Shown: positions 29,741 through 39,321 of the stretch, one piece after another
How the letters are laid out: every line of letters begins with the position of its first letter
How positions within the stretch are numbered: position 1 is the stretch's first letter
Source of the DNA: a plasmid
Sequence record: NZ_CP118990.1
Length of the DNA stretch: 64,000 nt
Strand: one strand, 5' to 3'
The notes under the pieces: model-generated
What the model was told of the DNA's origin: nothing
The model's database searches: none
The model's input: only the letters and a program-made list of their open reading frames with translations
Translations under genes and position numbers: made by a program

Positions 29741-30172
29741 ATGAAAATCGAAATGGTTGTGCCCCTACCTGTAGAGGATTCGGGGCTTCAACACAGCATT
29801 GCCAGGTTCCATAATTTTAACATGGACTCAAAGAGGCAAGATAAAGCCAGGTTCTTCCGCAGGGAACCGGTTGTCATCGTAAACCCCGAGACCAAAGCGA
29901 AGGTGTTGCGGTATGCGATGGGTAACCCTGGTGGGCTTTCTATCACCAAGGGAGCGATAGCGTTGGATTACGATGCGGTCGATGCGCTTGGTGTCCGGTT
30001 CAAAGGCGCTGTAGAGCTTGAGGTTCGCAGGGCTAAGCGCTGGGAAGTATGGCAATGGTTCTGGAACCATCGGGATCAGAGCGTTCAGCTGTCAATCAAG
30101 ATGGGCGTAGTCGGTACAGTTCTGGGAGTCCTTGGCTTCCTGACTGGGCTTGCACCGTACCTTCTTGGGTAA
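29741..30172 (+). CDS. Hypothetical protein with C-terminal TM helix
   Basis: AAAAGGAG RBS. Confidence 0.45.
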   Translation: MKIEMVVPLPVEDSGLQHSIARFHNFNMDSKRQDKARFFRREPVVIVNPETKAKVLRYAMGNPGGLSITKGAIALDYDAVDALGVRFKGAVELEVRRAKRWEVWQWFWNHRDQSVQLSIKMGVVGTVLGVLGFLTGLAPYLLG

Positions 30173-30245
30173 TTCAAAAAAACCTTATCGGGCAAAGTAG
30201 GCCCGGTACGGGGCTTGCTTTGCTCTCCCTTCAAGGAGAACAGAC

Positions 30246-30644
30246 ATGGCATATCAAGCAACACTCGCGCCTCTTTCTAAAGAAGAGCTGCTGACAATCC
30301 CTTGCTACCGGTACATCAACTTGGAAGTGCAGGAAGCGGATCTCGAACAATGGGATCAGTGGTTCATGCAGTACCGGCGCAAGCCTCATGTCTACAGCAC
30401 CAAGCGCCAGGGATGCAGCACCTTTCGTGCAGAAATCCAGGGTGACTACGTGAATGTTGACTGGCGGGTTTACCGGACCTGGTGTAACACCTTCCATCTT
30501 CGGTACGCACCGTTGCTTAACGAGCTCGGCGTGAAGGTAACAAACCCTCACATCGGTTCGGAAACACAGTTTCTGGTCGCGAAGCTGATGGACAATGGTT
30601 GGCGCCCCAAAGCGCTGGCCGATTGTACTGTCGGAACCAACTAG
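30246..30644 (+). CDS. Hypothetical protein
   Basis: CAAGGAGAA RBS. Confidence 0.45.
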   Translation: MAYQATLAPLSKEELLTIPCYRYINLEVQEADLEQWDQWFMQYRRKPHVYSTKRQGCSTFRAEIQGDYVNVDWRVYRTWCNTFHLRYAPLLNELGVKVTNPHIGSETQFLVAKLMDNGWRPKALADCTVGTN

Positions 30645-30720
30645 CCAGATCTCAATACAAACCCAGAGGGGAACATGCCCCTTTGGGCCATGTTCCCTCC
30701 CCATCATGAAGGAAGAGAAC

Positions 30721-31089
30721 ATGGGATTACCCGATTCGTATACCCTGACGGAAACGCTGGATAAGCTGCGTTATGTGCTGACAGAGACCCGCAGAACCGG
30801 CGCCCTTGAGTTGTTGGATAAAGCCGTAAGCAAGTCTCGCGAAGACGACGCTTATGCCAAGCAACTGGAAGTGGCGTTGCTGCGCGGTTCAACGTTGGAG
30901 TGCCGGGAGTTGTTCGCGGTGTTTGGTGATTACATCGCCCCACCAAGAGAGACTTTCCCCCCGTATCCACATATGGATGCAGTCAACGGGATAGACTCTG
31001 GCATGTTGGCGGTGAAACTCGAAGGTCAGACGCCAGGTGCAATGCAAGAGAGCATCGATTTCGTCAAGCTGATGAGAGGTATCGCCTGA
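30721..31089 (+). CDS. Hypothetical protein
   Basis: AAGGAAGAG RBS; preceded by long perfect GGAACATGCCCC/GGGCCATGTTCC hairpin. Confidence 0.45.
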   Translation: MGLPDSYTLTETLDKLRYVLTETRRTGALELLDKAVSKSREDDAYAKQLEVALLRGSTLECRELFAVFGDYIAPPRETFPPYPHMDAVNGIDSGMLAVKLEGQTPGAMQESIDFVKLMRGIA

Positions 31090-31117
31090 GCCAATCCGGC
31101 TCAGTCATTTGTCTTAA

Positions 31118-31258
31118 AGGGCAGGGGGAAACCCCTGCTTTCACCACAGTCTACTTACCCATGGCCGCGCCATCGGTAAGCAGATTTTGTTCTCCCTGGA
31201 GAGCGAAAACGTGCGATAGCTGGTCGCCAAAAACAAACAGCAAACTATCAATTTTTTT
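31118..31258 (+). promoter_or_regulatory. B-type copy of the conserved module (with A-type GGGGG-aaa-CCCC head)
   Basis: ggcagggggaaacccctgctttc...gcagattttgttctccctggagagcgaaaacgtgcgatagctggtcgccaaaaacaaacagcaaac. Confidence 0.55.
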
Positions 31259-31320
31259 ATTAACCCACTGGGGGAACGTGCCCCTGATGGGGCCGTTCCT
31301 TCTCCTACCGGAGAAGAACG

Positions 31321-32388
31321 ATGACTAATTACGTGCAATGCAGTGACCTTCCTGTGGAAGTTCAGCAGATGATGAAATACAAAGCCGCTACCGTCGAAGA
31401 CGCCATTGCCATGCACCGTCAAGGACATGTGACAATCGTGGACAACGGCGTGAGCTGGAGTGTGTATCGGCTGGGAGAATACCTCGGTGTCGTGACTTGG
31501 GAGGGCCATAAAGGAACTCCGAGGAATGTGCCTTGTGTACCCCGCAAGAAATACCAGGACAAAGTGAGCCAGTACCGATTGTTGAGTGTCGAGCTGGTTT
31601 CCGAATCTCAGCTACGGGATGAGGGCATTGAGCTGACCATGGCTCAAATGCTTGAACAGCTTGTTGTGGATGGGCCTCGCTTGGTATTGCCAACATCGGT
31701 CACCTTCGCACCGCATTCCTATCAGGTACTGAAAAAAGCGCTGATAAAGGCAAATGGGAAGTATCAAGGCTCCTCGTTTGGTTTTGATAGTCAAGCAACT
31801 GCAACCGATGTTCTGACCCGGCTTATGCAGGGGGAGGACATCAACATCAAGAAGACCCTCCAGTATTATCCGACCACGGATCCTGCTGGTGATCGTCTTC
31901 TGGATGGTGTGAAGCTCAACGGCAAGGTGGTTTGCGAACCGTCGGCCGGAGAGGGTTACATTGTTCGTCGGGCTCTCGCTGCCGGAGCTAAAGAGGTGTT
32001 GGCCGTGGAGCTCTATGAGCCGTTCCATGAACCTCTCCGGCGAGCTGGTGGCCGTATCATCGGGTGTAACATCTTCGATGTCACCCCGGATGATGTCGCC
32101 AATGTAGATGTCGTGCTCATGAACCCGCCATTCTCTGGCGCTCAGGATGTGAAGCACGTTGAGTATGTCCTTTCTATTGTGCCTGATCGTGTGGAGGTCC
32201 ACGCCATCATGTCAGGGGCGGTAAAGGACAACACAAGCCGGATCTATACGGGTTTTCGAACCTTGCTGGATGCGTTTGGAATAAAGCCGGAAGACCTGCC
32301 TGCTGGAACCTTCAAGGACTCCGGCACTCAAGTTAAAAGCTGTATCGTTCGGATACCTAGCCGCCGCAAAGCTACGCTGGCTGCATAA
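31321..32388 (+). CDS. Putative orphan N6-adenine DNA methyltransferase
   Basis: SAM-binding motif I-like VCEPSAGEG and catalytic motif IV VLMNPPFS (NPPF); N-terminal extra domain. Confidence 0.55.
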   Translation: MTNYVQCSDLPVEVQQMMKYKAATVEDAIAMHRQGHVTIVDNGVSWSVYRLGEYLGVVTWEGHKGTPRNVPCVPRKKYQDKVSQYRLLSVELVSESQLRDEGIELTMAQMLEQLVVDGPRLVLPTSVTFAPHSYQVLKKALIKANGKYQGSSFGFDSQATATDVLTRLMQGEDINIKKTLQYYPTTDPAGDRLLDGVKLNGKVVCEPSAGEGYIVRRALAAGAKEVLAVELYEPFHEPLRRAGGRIIGCNIFDVTPDDVANVDVVLMNPPFSGAQDVKHVEYVLSIVPDRVEVHAIMSGAVKDNTSRIYTGFRTLLDAFGIKPEDLPAGTFKDSGTQVKSCIVRIPSRRKATLAA

Positions 32389-32470
32389 GTGTCGTTGAAA
32401 CAAAACCCTCACCGGGGTGCTTACCCGGAAGGGGAGGGCACCCTGCTTATTGATAATCAGGAGGCCCTCT

Positions 32471-34921
32471 ATGCAACATTCACTGAACTTTGACGTACCG
32501 GCACAACCTCACCCAGTCCTTCTTCGGGGGGACAAGTGGGATTCGGTATGGTCAACACTGGCGGATAACGAGGATCTGAACTTCGTGGACGCGAGTCGAG
32601 GTACCAGTCTTGCATCGTTGATCACCTCGTCCGTAGAAGCGATTCATACCGCTTTACTGGACGGCTGGACAATGATGGTAGGGTACTCTAGTGGCAAAGA
32701 CTCTGAAACGGTGTTGCACTTGTTCCTGATGGCCCTTATCCGGGCTGTTCGGACAGGACAAACCATCAGTCAGCACCACTTTATTCTTCATACTGACACG
32801 CTAATCGAGAGCCCAGAGGTTCGCTGGTTGGCGGATATGAAACTGGCTGCCCTGGAACGCTTCATCGCGAAGGAGAACCTTCCGTTGACTATCGTTCTGG
32901 CAAAGCCAGGGATCACTCAAAGTTGGACTGGCCGCATCTTAACTGGGCGCGGATTGCCAACTTTTTCCAACAGTAGCGCCAGGCAGTGTAGTGCTGATTT
33001 GAAAATTTCGTCTGCCAAAAGGGCCAAGGCAGCCTACATGCGAGACCTTCCCAAGGAGGTGCGTGAGAGGGTTTGCCTGATGCTCGGTAGTCGTGATGCT
33101 GAGAGCAGCATTCGTGCGGCCAACATTGCCAAACAGCAAGGAAACTCCACTCGTGTCGTAAAGACAAAGGAGGGAGGTGAGTTGTATGTGGTGAAGCAAT
33201 GGCTGGCAAGCGACGTGTGGGAGTTGCTACTGTCCTCAGGAATGGGGGCGGCTTACCCTTTGCCAAGTTACTTGGAGAGCAACACCGAAACGGCGGAACT
33301 CTACAAGGCGGCGACAGGGGAATGTGTCTGGTCGGCCAATGATAAGAAGAAAAGCGACGCCTGTGGCGCCCGCTTTGGTTGTTGGGCCTGCCAGGCTGTT
33401 GGGTTAGACAAGTCGATGGAGACCCTACTCGCCACCGATCCTGAAAAACACAACTACATGAAGGGCCTGAATAGCATCCAGCGGTACCTTGCTAAGCGGC
33501 GTTACGCCTGGGAGGATCGTCATCCGGTCGGGAGAACGATCTATGCGGGCGGGTACATCAAAATTCAGCCAGACGTCTACCACCCCAAGTTCATCGAGAG
33601 GTTGCTCCATGTTTGTTGCAGCATGGACTTTATAGAGCAGCAGAGAGCCGAAAAGCAGGCTGATATGCTGGCTATGGGCCTGATCGAGGATAACGAGTGG
33701 AATCGTCGTATGGCTGAACCGCAGTTCCGGATCGTGTCGGAACAAGCGTTGGTGCACATCGACTTTATGTGGTCGTTCCATCACTTCAACGACAAACCGT
33801 TCCGGGCCCTGGAGATTTATCACAGGGTCTGGTCCTTTGGTGAGTTGGATTTGTTGGAGGATGAAGCTGAGTGTGAAACCTTTCCCCAGACGCCGATCCC
33901 CAAGCCCCTGTGGCTAAAGGTGGCCCGTTGGGGAGATGGCTCGCTCTCTGACGGCCTGGCCGATCCTATGGCGGAAATGACCTACTTTGACGGTGGCGAT
34001 GACCCAGCAGCAGTGCGGGTAATCAATACCGCGGACGGGAAAAGGCGGGTTGTTTGTTTCGCAGAAGATGACGAGGTGACGGTCGATCCGGATTCCGCCG
34101 CGTTCATTATCTGGGAGGAGTACCCGCGATTGCGTGAATCTGTACTGGCAGGACAATACACCCCCGGCAGTGCAGCGCAGTTCTACCTCAGGTTTGGAGT
34201 AATCCAGCTTGCGAAGGGGAAGGGCGCTCTGTATCACAGAATGATGCAGCGCGGCCAGACCTACCATCAAATGGGCCTCACCGGGTACCAGACGATGGAA
34301 GGCCTCCAGCAGCGCAAGGATGTCAAGGTGCTCAGCGATGCTAAGTACCGGGATCTGGTGAAACGAAAAATCAAAGGGAAACTGGCAACGGTGCGCTGGT
34401 GGCTGAATCTGGATCTCGCGTTCAGATACCACCTCCACCACAAAACGCCGATAGGCCTGTTCATCCAGGCTCGTCTTGATGCGGAAGCTCAGGCGGAGGC
34501 ACAGCAGCACCAAGCTCGTTGGTTTAACAACGTATCCGGTGCAATGCTTGGCTACTCCAGTGCTTTTGGCATGAGTGTCATGGAAGGGAGGGAAGGTGCC
34601 GGTAATACGGACATCCGTCGCTACATGATCGCCACACGAAGGAAGGCCTATAAGGCTCTCAACGAGCTTCTGGAACATGCTGGCATTGATTGGGCTGGCA
34701 AGGTTATCCATGAGCTTGTGAAAGAGTATGAAGGCATCCTGGCTGCGCTTAACGAGGGTTCAGCGTTAGCGCTGAGTCTGGACTGGTTGAATTTACTGTC
34801 AAAGCGTCATCCTGAGGCTCTGCATCGGCATGTCAGAACGATGATCAAGGCAATCCATCGCCAAGAGCATCTGCATGGTAAGCCGCACAGGGGACAGGTT
34901 GGCCTGTCTTTGGCCGCATAA
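32471..34921 (+). CDS. Large PAPS-reductase/PP-loop family protein (~816 aa), DndC/DUF3440-like
   Basis: PP-loop-like motif MVGYSSGKDSE (SGGxDS family) near the N-terminus; Cys cluster CGARFGCWAC; CAGGAGG RBS; followed by a strong terminator. Confidence 0.55.
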   Translation: MQHSLNFDVPAQPHPVLLRGDKWDSVWSTLADNEDLNFVDASRGTSLASLITSSVEAIHTALLDGWTMMVGYSSGKDSETVLHLFLMALIRAVRTGQTISQHHFILHTDTLIESPEVRWLADMKLAALERFIAKENLPLTIVLAKPGITQSWTGRILTGRGLPTFSNSSARQCSADLKISSAKRAKAAYMRDLPKEVRERVCLMLGSRDAESSIRAANIAKQQGNSTRVVKTKEGGELYVVKQWLASDVWELLLSSGMGAAYPLPSYLESNTETAELYKAATGECVWSANDKKKSDACGARFGCWACQAVGLDKSMETLLATDPEKHNYMKGLNSIQRYLAKRRYAWEDRHPVGRTIYAGGYIKIQPDVYHPKFIERLLHVCCSMDFIEQQRAEKQADMLAMGLIEDNEWNRRMAEPQFRIVSEQALVHIDFMWSFHHFNDKPFRALEIYHRVWSFGELDLLEDEAECETFPQTPIPKPLWLKVARWGDGSLSDGLADPMAEMTYFDGGDDPAAVRVINTADGKRRVVCFAEDDEVTVDPDSAAFIIWEEYPRLRESVLAGQYTPGSAAQFYLRFGVIQLAKGKGALYHRMMQRGQTYHQMGLTGYQTMEGLQQRKDVKVLSDAKYRDLVKRKIKGKLATVRWWLNLDLAFRYHLHHKTPIGLFIQARLDAEAQAEAQQHQARWFNNVSGAMLGYSSAFGMSVMEGREGAGNTDIRRYMIATRRKAYKALNELLEHAGIDWAGKVIHELVKEYEGILAALNEGSALALSLDWLNLLSKRHPEALHRHVRTMIKAIHRQEHLHGKPHRGQVGLSLAA

Positions 34922-34925
34922 CATG

Positions 34926-34953
34926 GACCTCCCTTCGGGGAGGTTTTTTTTGC
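34926..34953 (+). terminator. Rho-independent terminator
   Basis: acctccc-ttcg-gggaggt followed by T9. Confidence 0.7.
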
Positions 34954-35036
34954 GCCCCAAAAAGGCATTTACAGCGTTTTACAAAAAGACCTGGGGCACA
35001 TAATATTTTCCCATTGTCAGCGCTTGCTGGCTCAAT

Positions 35037-35060
35037 GGTAGCTGGCCCAAAACAGCAAAA
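35037..35060 (+). promoter_or_regulatory. Partial copy of module core (tagctggcccaaaacagcaaaac)
   Basis: Matches ATAGCTGGTC.CCAAAACAAACAGCA core; sits after the terminator and before the next gene block. Confidence 0.4.
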
Positions 35061-35126
35061 CTTCCTCAATCCGGAGAGCCCTCTCTGGGGGCGATCCAAA
35101 TCCCCCCCCATCAAGGAGAATGCCTC

Positions 35127-35324
35127 ATGGAAAAATTGAACTCACTCGTTTCTCAACTTGAGAACGTCCAGACCGAACTTGATGATGAAATCATCGAAGA
35201 GGTCATCAACGTCATTCAAACCCGAGAGCAAGGCTTGGCGCTGGAATTAGTTGGCTCGTTACCCGCGAACCATCCCTTCACGCCGTTTGTTGTCGCCCTC
35301 GCGCACAAGATCAACAATAAGTGA
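35127..35324 (+). CDS. Small acidic hypothetical protein
   Basis: AAGGAGAA RBS. Confidence 0.4.
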   Translation: MEKLNSLVSQLENVQTELDDEIIEEVINVIQTREQGLALELVGSLPANHPFTPFVVALAHKINNK

Positions 35325-35447
35325 CTGCTTGGCACCTCTCTAGCAAAATGCCGTGAGAGCACCAACCCACCTATCTCACTTTTACCCACCGGGTACATCA
35401 TGCCCCGGTCGGGCTTGGCGTACCTCCAACATCCAATTGGAGTCAAT

Positions 35448-35735
35448 ATGTCCGATATAGCCACACGCAGCCCTGGTCCTGGCTACCTCAAAATTAAGGA
35501 TTTTGGTTGTGACAAGCTCTTTCAATCTGTCGATGAGCTCAAAGGCGTATTGTCTGAACAGTACAAAGGCAAACACGTCACCATCGTTTACCCGTTGAAA
35601 AGCGGGATTCATAGAATGCTACTCGTCAGCATCAACGCAGAAGGTTGCGTCAATGAGACCTATGGGCAACAGAGGCCGATCGACTTCGCTGCTATCAACG
35701 CTGAACGTCAACTTGCAGAGGTGGTACTCGTATGA
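35448..35735 (+). CDS. Hypothetical protein
   Basis: TGGAGT RBS; preceded by AACCC-type hairpin. Confidence 0.4.
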   Translation: MSDIATRSPGPGYLKIKDFGCDKLFQSVDELKGVLSEQYKGKHVTIVYPLKSGIHRMLLVSINAEGCVNETYGQQRPIDFAAINAERQLAEVVLV

Positions 35736-35950
35736 GTTATCGTCAGGTAGTGCTCGATTCTGATGAATGGCATAGCATGTGGGCCGAGCTGGCGTCTGAG
35801 GAGATCAACTCTGGCGATCCAGCGTGTGTCCATCCAGAAACTCAGGAAGCCTGGCAGTACATGGGTACCAGTAATGGCGTCCATTCGTTCCGTCATCGCA
35901 ATCATCCGGTAACTGGCACAAGAGAATATCGCCACGTTCCAATGAAGTAA
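35732..35950 (+). CDS. Small hypothetical protein
   Basis: ATGA start/stop overlap with the upstream gene. Confidence 0.4.
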   Translation: MSYRQVVLDSDEWHSMWAELASEEINSGDPACVHPETQEAWQYMGTSNGVHSFRHRNHPVTGTREYRHVPMK

Positions 35951-36020
35951 TCCATTAACCCCACCGGGGACATCCGTCCCCGAGGGGAGGGTGTCTCCCA
36001 CTGAAAATCAGGAGATACCT

Positions 36021-36866
36021 ATGATTAAGCAACATTTTCAAAATGAACTGGTCAAGCACGGCTACCCCGCAGATCTGACTATCGAATACAGTCTGGGATA
36101 CTGTCAGGGAGATGGCATGGCCTTCTACGGAAGCCTGGGTGTTGATGACGTTCAGGCACTGATGAAGCGTTTGTTCGGTACCGAGCAGGGCTCAGCCGAT
36201 GCAGTTCGCCGAGTGAAGAACCTGATGGCGCAAAAGGACATCGATCACATGATTAATGTTCTTCGCGATTACGGTAACTGTGACCTATCTATAACTCGAA
36301 ACAGCTTCGGTCAGCATTACAGTCACTGGAATACGATGAGAATCGATAGCAACGTGGACTTCACCGGGGTTTTCCCTGATGAAGAGACCATGCTGGGAAC
36401 TGGCATTGAGGGTATCAACCCTGAGATGTTGGAACGCTGGCAAGGTATCTGGGATCGCTTCATTGACGCGCTCCAGGACGACGTAAAGAGCTTATCCAAG
36501 AGGCTTGAAGCTGATGGATATAAGCTGATCGAAGCTACCCCGTATGAAGAGACAGTTGTTTGGCAACGAACTACTGAAAGCTACCAGGTACGTGTCATCG
36601 AGCTCCCTGAACACGAGTTTGACATGGATGACTGGGATGCAGATTGTCGAGACCAGACCATTCGCGATCTCCTGGATGGGAGTCAGCGAGTGCTGGGCCT
36701 ACGTGTTGAGGTTCGTGATCATGATGGCGATTACATCTTGGCTGACAACAGCATGTATGGTCTGACCCTATCCATCGATGATAAGAAGTACGATGGATAC
36801 AGACGTGAGATGCTCCGGGATGTGATAACGCAGGTCAGATTACTTAACGACCTTAAAGCGGCATGA
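36021..36866 (+). CDS. Hypothetical protein (281 aa)
   Basis: AGGAGATA RBS. Confidence 0.5.
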   Translation: MIKQHFQNELVKHGYPADLTIEYSLGYCQGDGMAFYGSLGVDDVQALMKRLFGTEQGSADAVRRVKNLMAQKDIDHMINVLRDYGNCDLSITRNSFGQHYSHWNTMRIDSNVDFTGVFPDEETMLGTGIEGINPEMLERWQGIWDRFIDALQDDVKSLSKRLEADGYKLIEATPYEETVVWQRTTESYQVRVIELPEHEFDMDDWDADCRDQTIRDLLDGSQRVLGLRVEVRDHDGDYILADNSMYGLTLSIDDKKYDGYRREMLRDVITQVRLLNDLKAA

Positions 36867-36870
36867 TGAA

Positions 36871-37006
36871 GGCAGGGGGAAACCCCCTGCTTTCCAGGTG
36901 GCATAAAATTTCACATGTGAAATTTTTGTGTTACTCGGAAAGCAAGATTTTGCTCTCTGCTGAGAGTAAATCGTGAGATAGCTGGTCTCCCAAAACAAAC
37001 AGCAAT
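36871..37006 (+). promoter_or_regulatory. Full A-type copy of the conserved module
   Basis: See 22076. Confidence 0.65.
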
Positions 37007-37076
37007 TTTATTAACCCCTGCGGGTACATCATCCCGCTCGGGATCGGTGTACCCACCACAAAATGGAGTACACCTT

Positions 37077-37457
37077 ATGAACAAAGTTATTTTGGACCCT
37101 ACCCACATCCGTCAACAAGCTATCGATGATGAGCTGCTGGTGGACCATTCAGCGTTAGCTGAAAAAGCTGGTTTCCTAACTGGTGTGGCCGTCACTAAGG
37201 CGGTCTACCTCGGTGTTATCGGACTCAGCAGTAAAAACGTAGACGACCATCAGCTTCTGTTTTTGCAAGTCTGTTCAGCACAAACAAAGGTTGCGCTCAC
37301 CGACTACAAGCAGTGGCAGCGGATACGCTTTTACTACCCCATACCAACTTCTGACGGATTTTTCATTCCGAAGGAAGTGGTCATTAAATGCGATGTTAAT
37401 CACTCATTCGTCACGATCATGTTGGCCTCGGAAGAGGGCACTCAACTGTTTCTGTGA
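37077..37457 (+). CDS. Hypothetical protein
   Basis: ATGGAG RBS. Confidence 0.45.
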   Translation: MNKVILDPTHIRQQAIDDELLVDHSALAEKAGFLTGVAVTKAVYLGVIGLSSKNVDDHQLLFLQVCSAQTKVALTDYKQWQRIRFYYPIPTSDGFFIPKEVVIKCDVNHSFVTIMLASEEGTQLFL

Positions 37458-37629
37458 TGATCCTAATCGGCCTCCCTTCGGGGGCTGATTTTTAAACCCC
37501 TGCCGGGGAGAGCTCCCCGGTTGGGGTGCCTCCTTGGCGTATCTGCCCGGTGTCGGGGTTTCCTTAAACCCCTTGCAACGGGGGGATTAAGGAAGCCTCG
37601 ATGCCGGGGTTATCGCTAAGGAGAAACCT

Positions 37630-39321
37630 ATGTCTTATTACAAAGCTGATACCGTTCGTAATGCAGCAGTCGGAAATTGGTTGTTCATCCTGGCGGCCCT
37701 GGCGCCCCATCTTGAACCCTCGCTCCGTAAGCCAGGTCGTCATGTTAGTTGCCCAATTCATGGGGGGCGTGATGGCTTTCGGTTGTTCAAAGATGTCCAT
37801 CAAACAGGAGGCGGTGTATGTAACACATGCGGTGCTTTCCATGATGGTTTTGAGCTGCTGATGTGGGTCAACAATCTTGACTTTAAGCAGTGTCTGATTG
37901 AAGTAGGTGAGTACCTGGGTGTCGAGAAAGAAGATAACCAGACTCAACAGCCGTCGGTGAAACCAGCGCAAGTTCCTGTACAGGCAAGTCCTGTTCAGCA
38001 AGGACCTGTAATGGTGAATAACAAACTTCGCGAGGGTAAACCTCACAAGGTTGTCAGCGGCACTCTTATTGCTCACGGCCAAGCGCCGTTTGACCATAAA
38101 GAGGAGAACGAGCTCAATTACTTCGCAGTGCTCCGTACCAAGTCCAATCATGAGCGGACTTGTTGGGGAGTGGATCTTGAGCGGGCCATTAGTGAATGTG
38201 GTGTTGAACTGGGCGAAGACATCATCATGACAAACCTCGGGCGCGAGCCTGTCACTGTCCTCATCCAAGTCAAGGATGAACAGGGGAATGTCGTGAAGGA
38301 ACAACCCATGCAAACCCACCGTAACACCTGGGTGGTAGAACGCAGTAATGCGACGGTGACAGCGCTTCGCGCTCGCTCAAACGGCGGTGTAGAACCTGTA
38401 GTCGGAAGTGAAGTGGCCATGTCTGTGGCCGCAGAACAACCGGTCGTGCCGGAAGCCCCAGCTGCAATAACCAACCAGAAGGTTGTTCCGATGTTCCGTG
38501 AACAACCGAAACCCTGGTTACTCGAACTTCAAGAGGAAATGGCGAAGCGTATGGAGCGTGAACGCGCCTACAGCGCTCGTCTTCGCGAGAAGATTGAGAA
38601 AATCTGGGAGGGGTGTGTTCCATATTCCTGCCGGATTACTGAGCCAATGAGGCTCTACCTCCAAAGCCGTGAACTCGTGTTCAACGTGGATGAGGTAGAG
38701 AAATCAGACTGCTTGCGGTTCCATCCAGAAATGGCCTACTACGACGAAGATGGCAATGAGGTCGGGAAGTTCCCGGCCATCGTTTGCGCCATCCGAGACG
38801 TTGACGGTAATTTGGTTACGCTCCACCGTACCTACCTGAGCAAAAGCGGTAAAAAGGCCAAGGTAGTTAACGCCAAAAAGATGATGCCAATTCCCGATGG
38901 ATTGGATGTCAATGGCGCGGCGGTGAGACTGGGTGAACCGACAGAAGGGATTCTGGGTCTGGCCGAAGGGCTCGAAACAGCGCTCTCGGCTTATCGAGTG
39001 ACTCAGATACCCGTCTGGTCAACGGTGAACGCAACCCTGATGGAGTCTGTCGAGATTCCGGCCGGTGTGCACACCGTCTTGATCTGGGCTGATAAAGACA
39101 AGTCGGTAACCGGCGAGAAGTCAGCAAACGTGCTGAAAGCCAAGCTGGAAAAGCTGGGCATTCAGGTTTACGTGCTGCTGCCTAAACTCCCGATCCCGGC
39201 AAAGGCGAAAGGCGTTGACTGGAATGACGTTCTGATGAGCCAGGGGACTCTCGGTTTCCCGAATGCTCGCTATCTGCGCGATTTTATTGCCAGAAGGAGA
39301 GCTGAATATGGCCGTTCTTAA
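37630..39321 (+). CDS. DNA primase: N-terminal zinc-binding (CHC2/P4-alpha-like) domain plus C-terminal Toprim domain
   Basis: Zn motif HVSCPIHGGRDGFRLF...GGGVCNTCG; Toprim motifs LAEGLETALS (catalytic Glu) and VLIWADKDKS (DxD); TAAGGAGAAA RBS. Confidence 0.65.
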   Translation: MSYYKADTVRNAAVGNWLFILAALAPHLEPSLRKPGRHVSCPIHGGRDGFRLFKDVHQTGGGVCNTCGAFHDGFELLMWVNNLDFKQCLIEVGEYLGVEKEDNQTQQPSVKPAQVPVQASPVQQGPVMVNNKLREGKPHKVVSGTLIAHGQAPFDHKEENELNYFAVLRTKSNHERTCWGVDLERAISECGVELGEDIIMTNLGREPVTVLIQVKDEQGNVVKEQPMQTHRNTWVVERSNATVTALRARSNGGVEPVVGSEVAMSVAAEQPVVPEAPAAITNQKVVPMFREQPKPWLLELQEEMAKRMERERAYSARLREKIEKIWEGCVPYSCRITEPMRLYLQSRELVFNVDEVEKSDCLRFHPEMAYYDEDGNEVGKFPAIVCAIRDVDGNLVTLHRTYLSKSGKKAKVVNAKKMMPIPDGLDVNGAAVRLGEPTEGILGLAEGLETALSAYRVTQIPVWSTVNATLMESVEIPAGVHTVLIWADKDKSVTGEKSANVLKAKLEKLGIQVYVLLPKLPIPAKAKGVDWNDVLMSQGTLGFPNARYLRDFIARRRAEYGRS

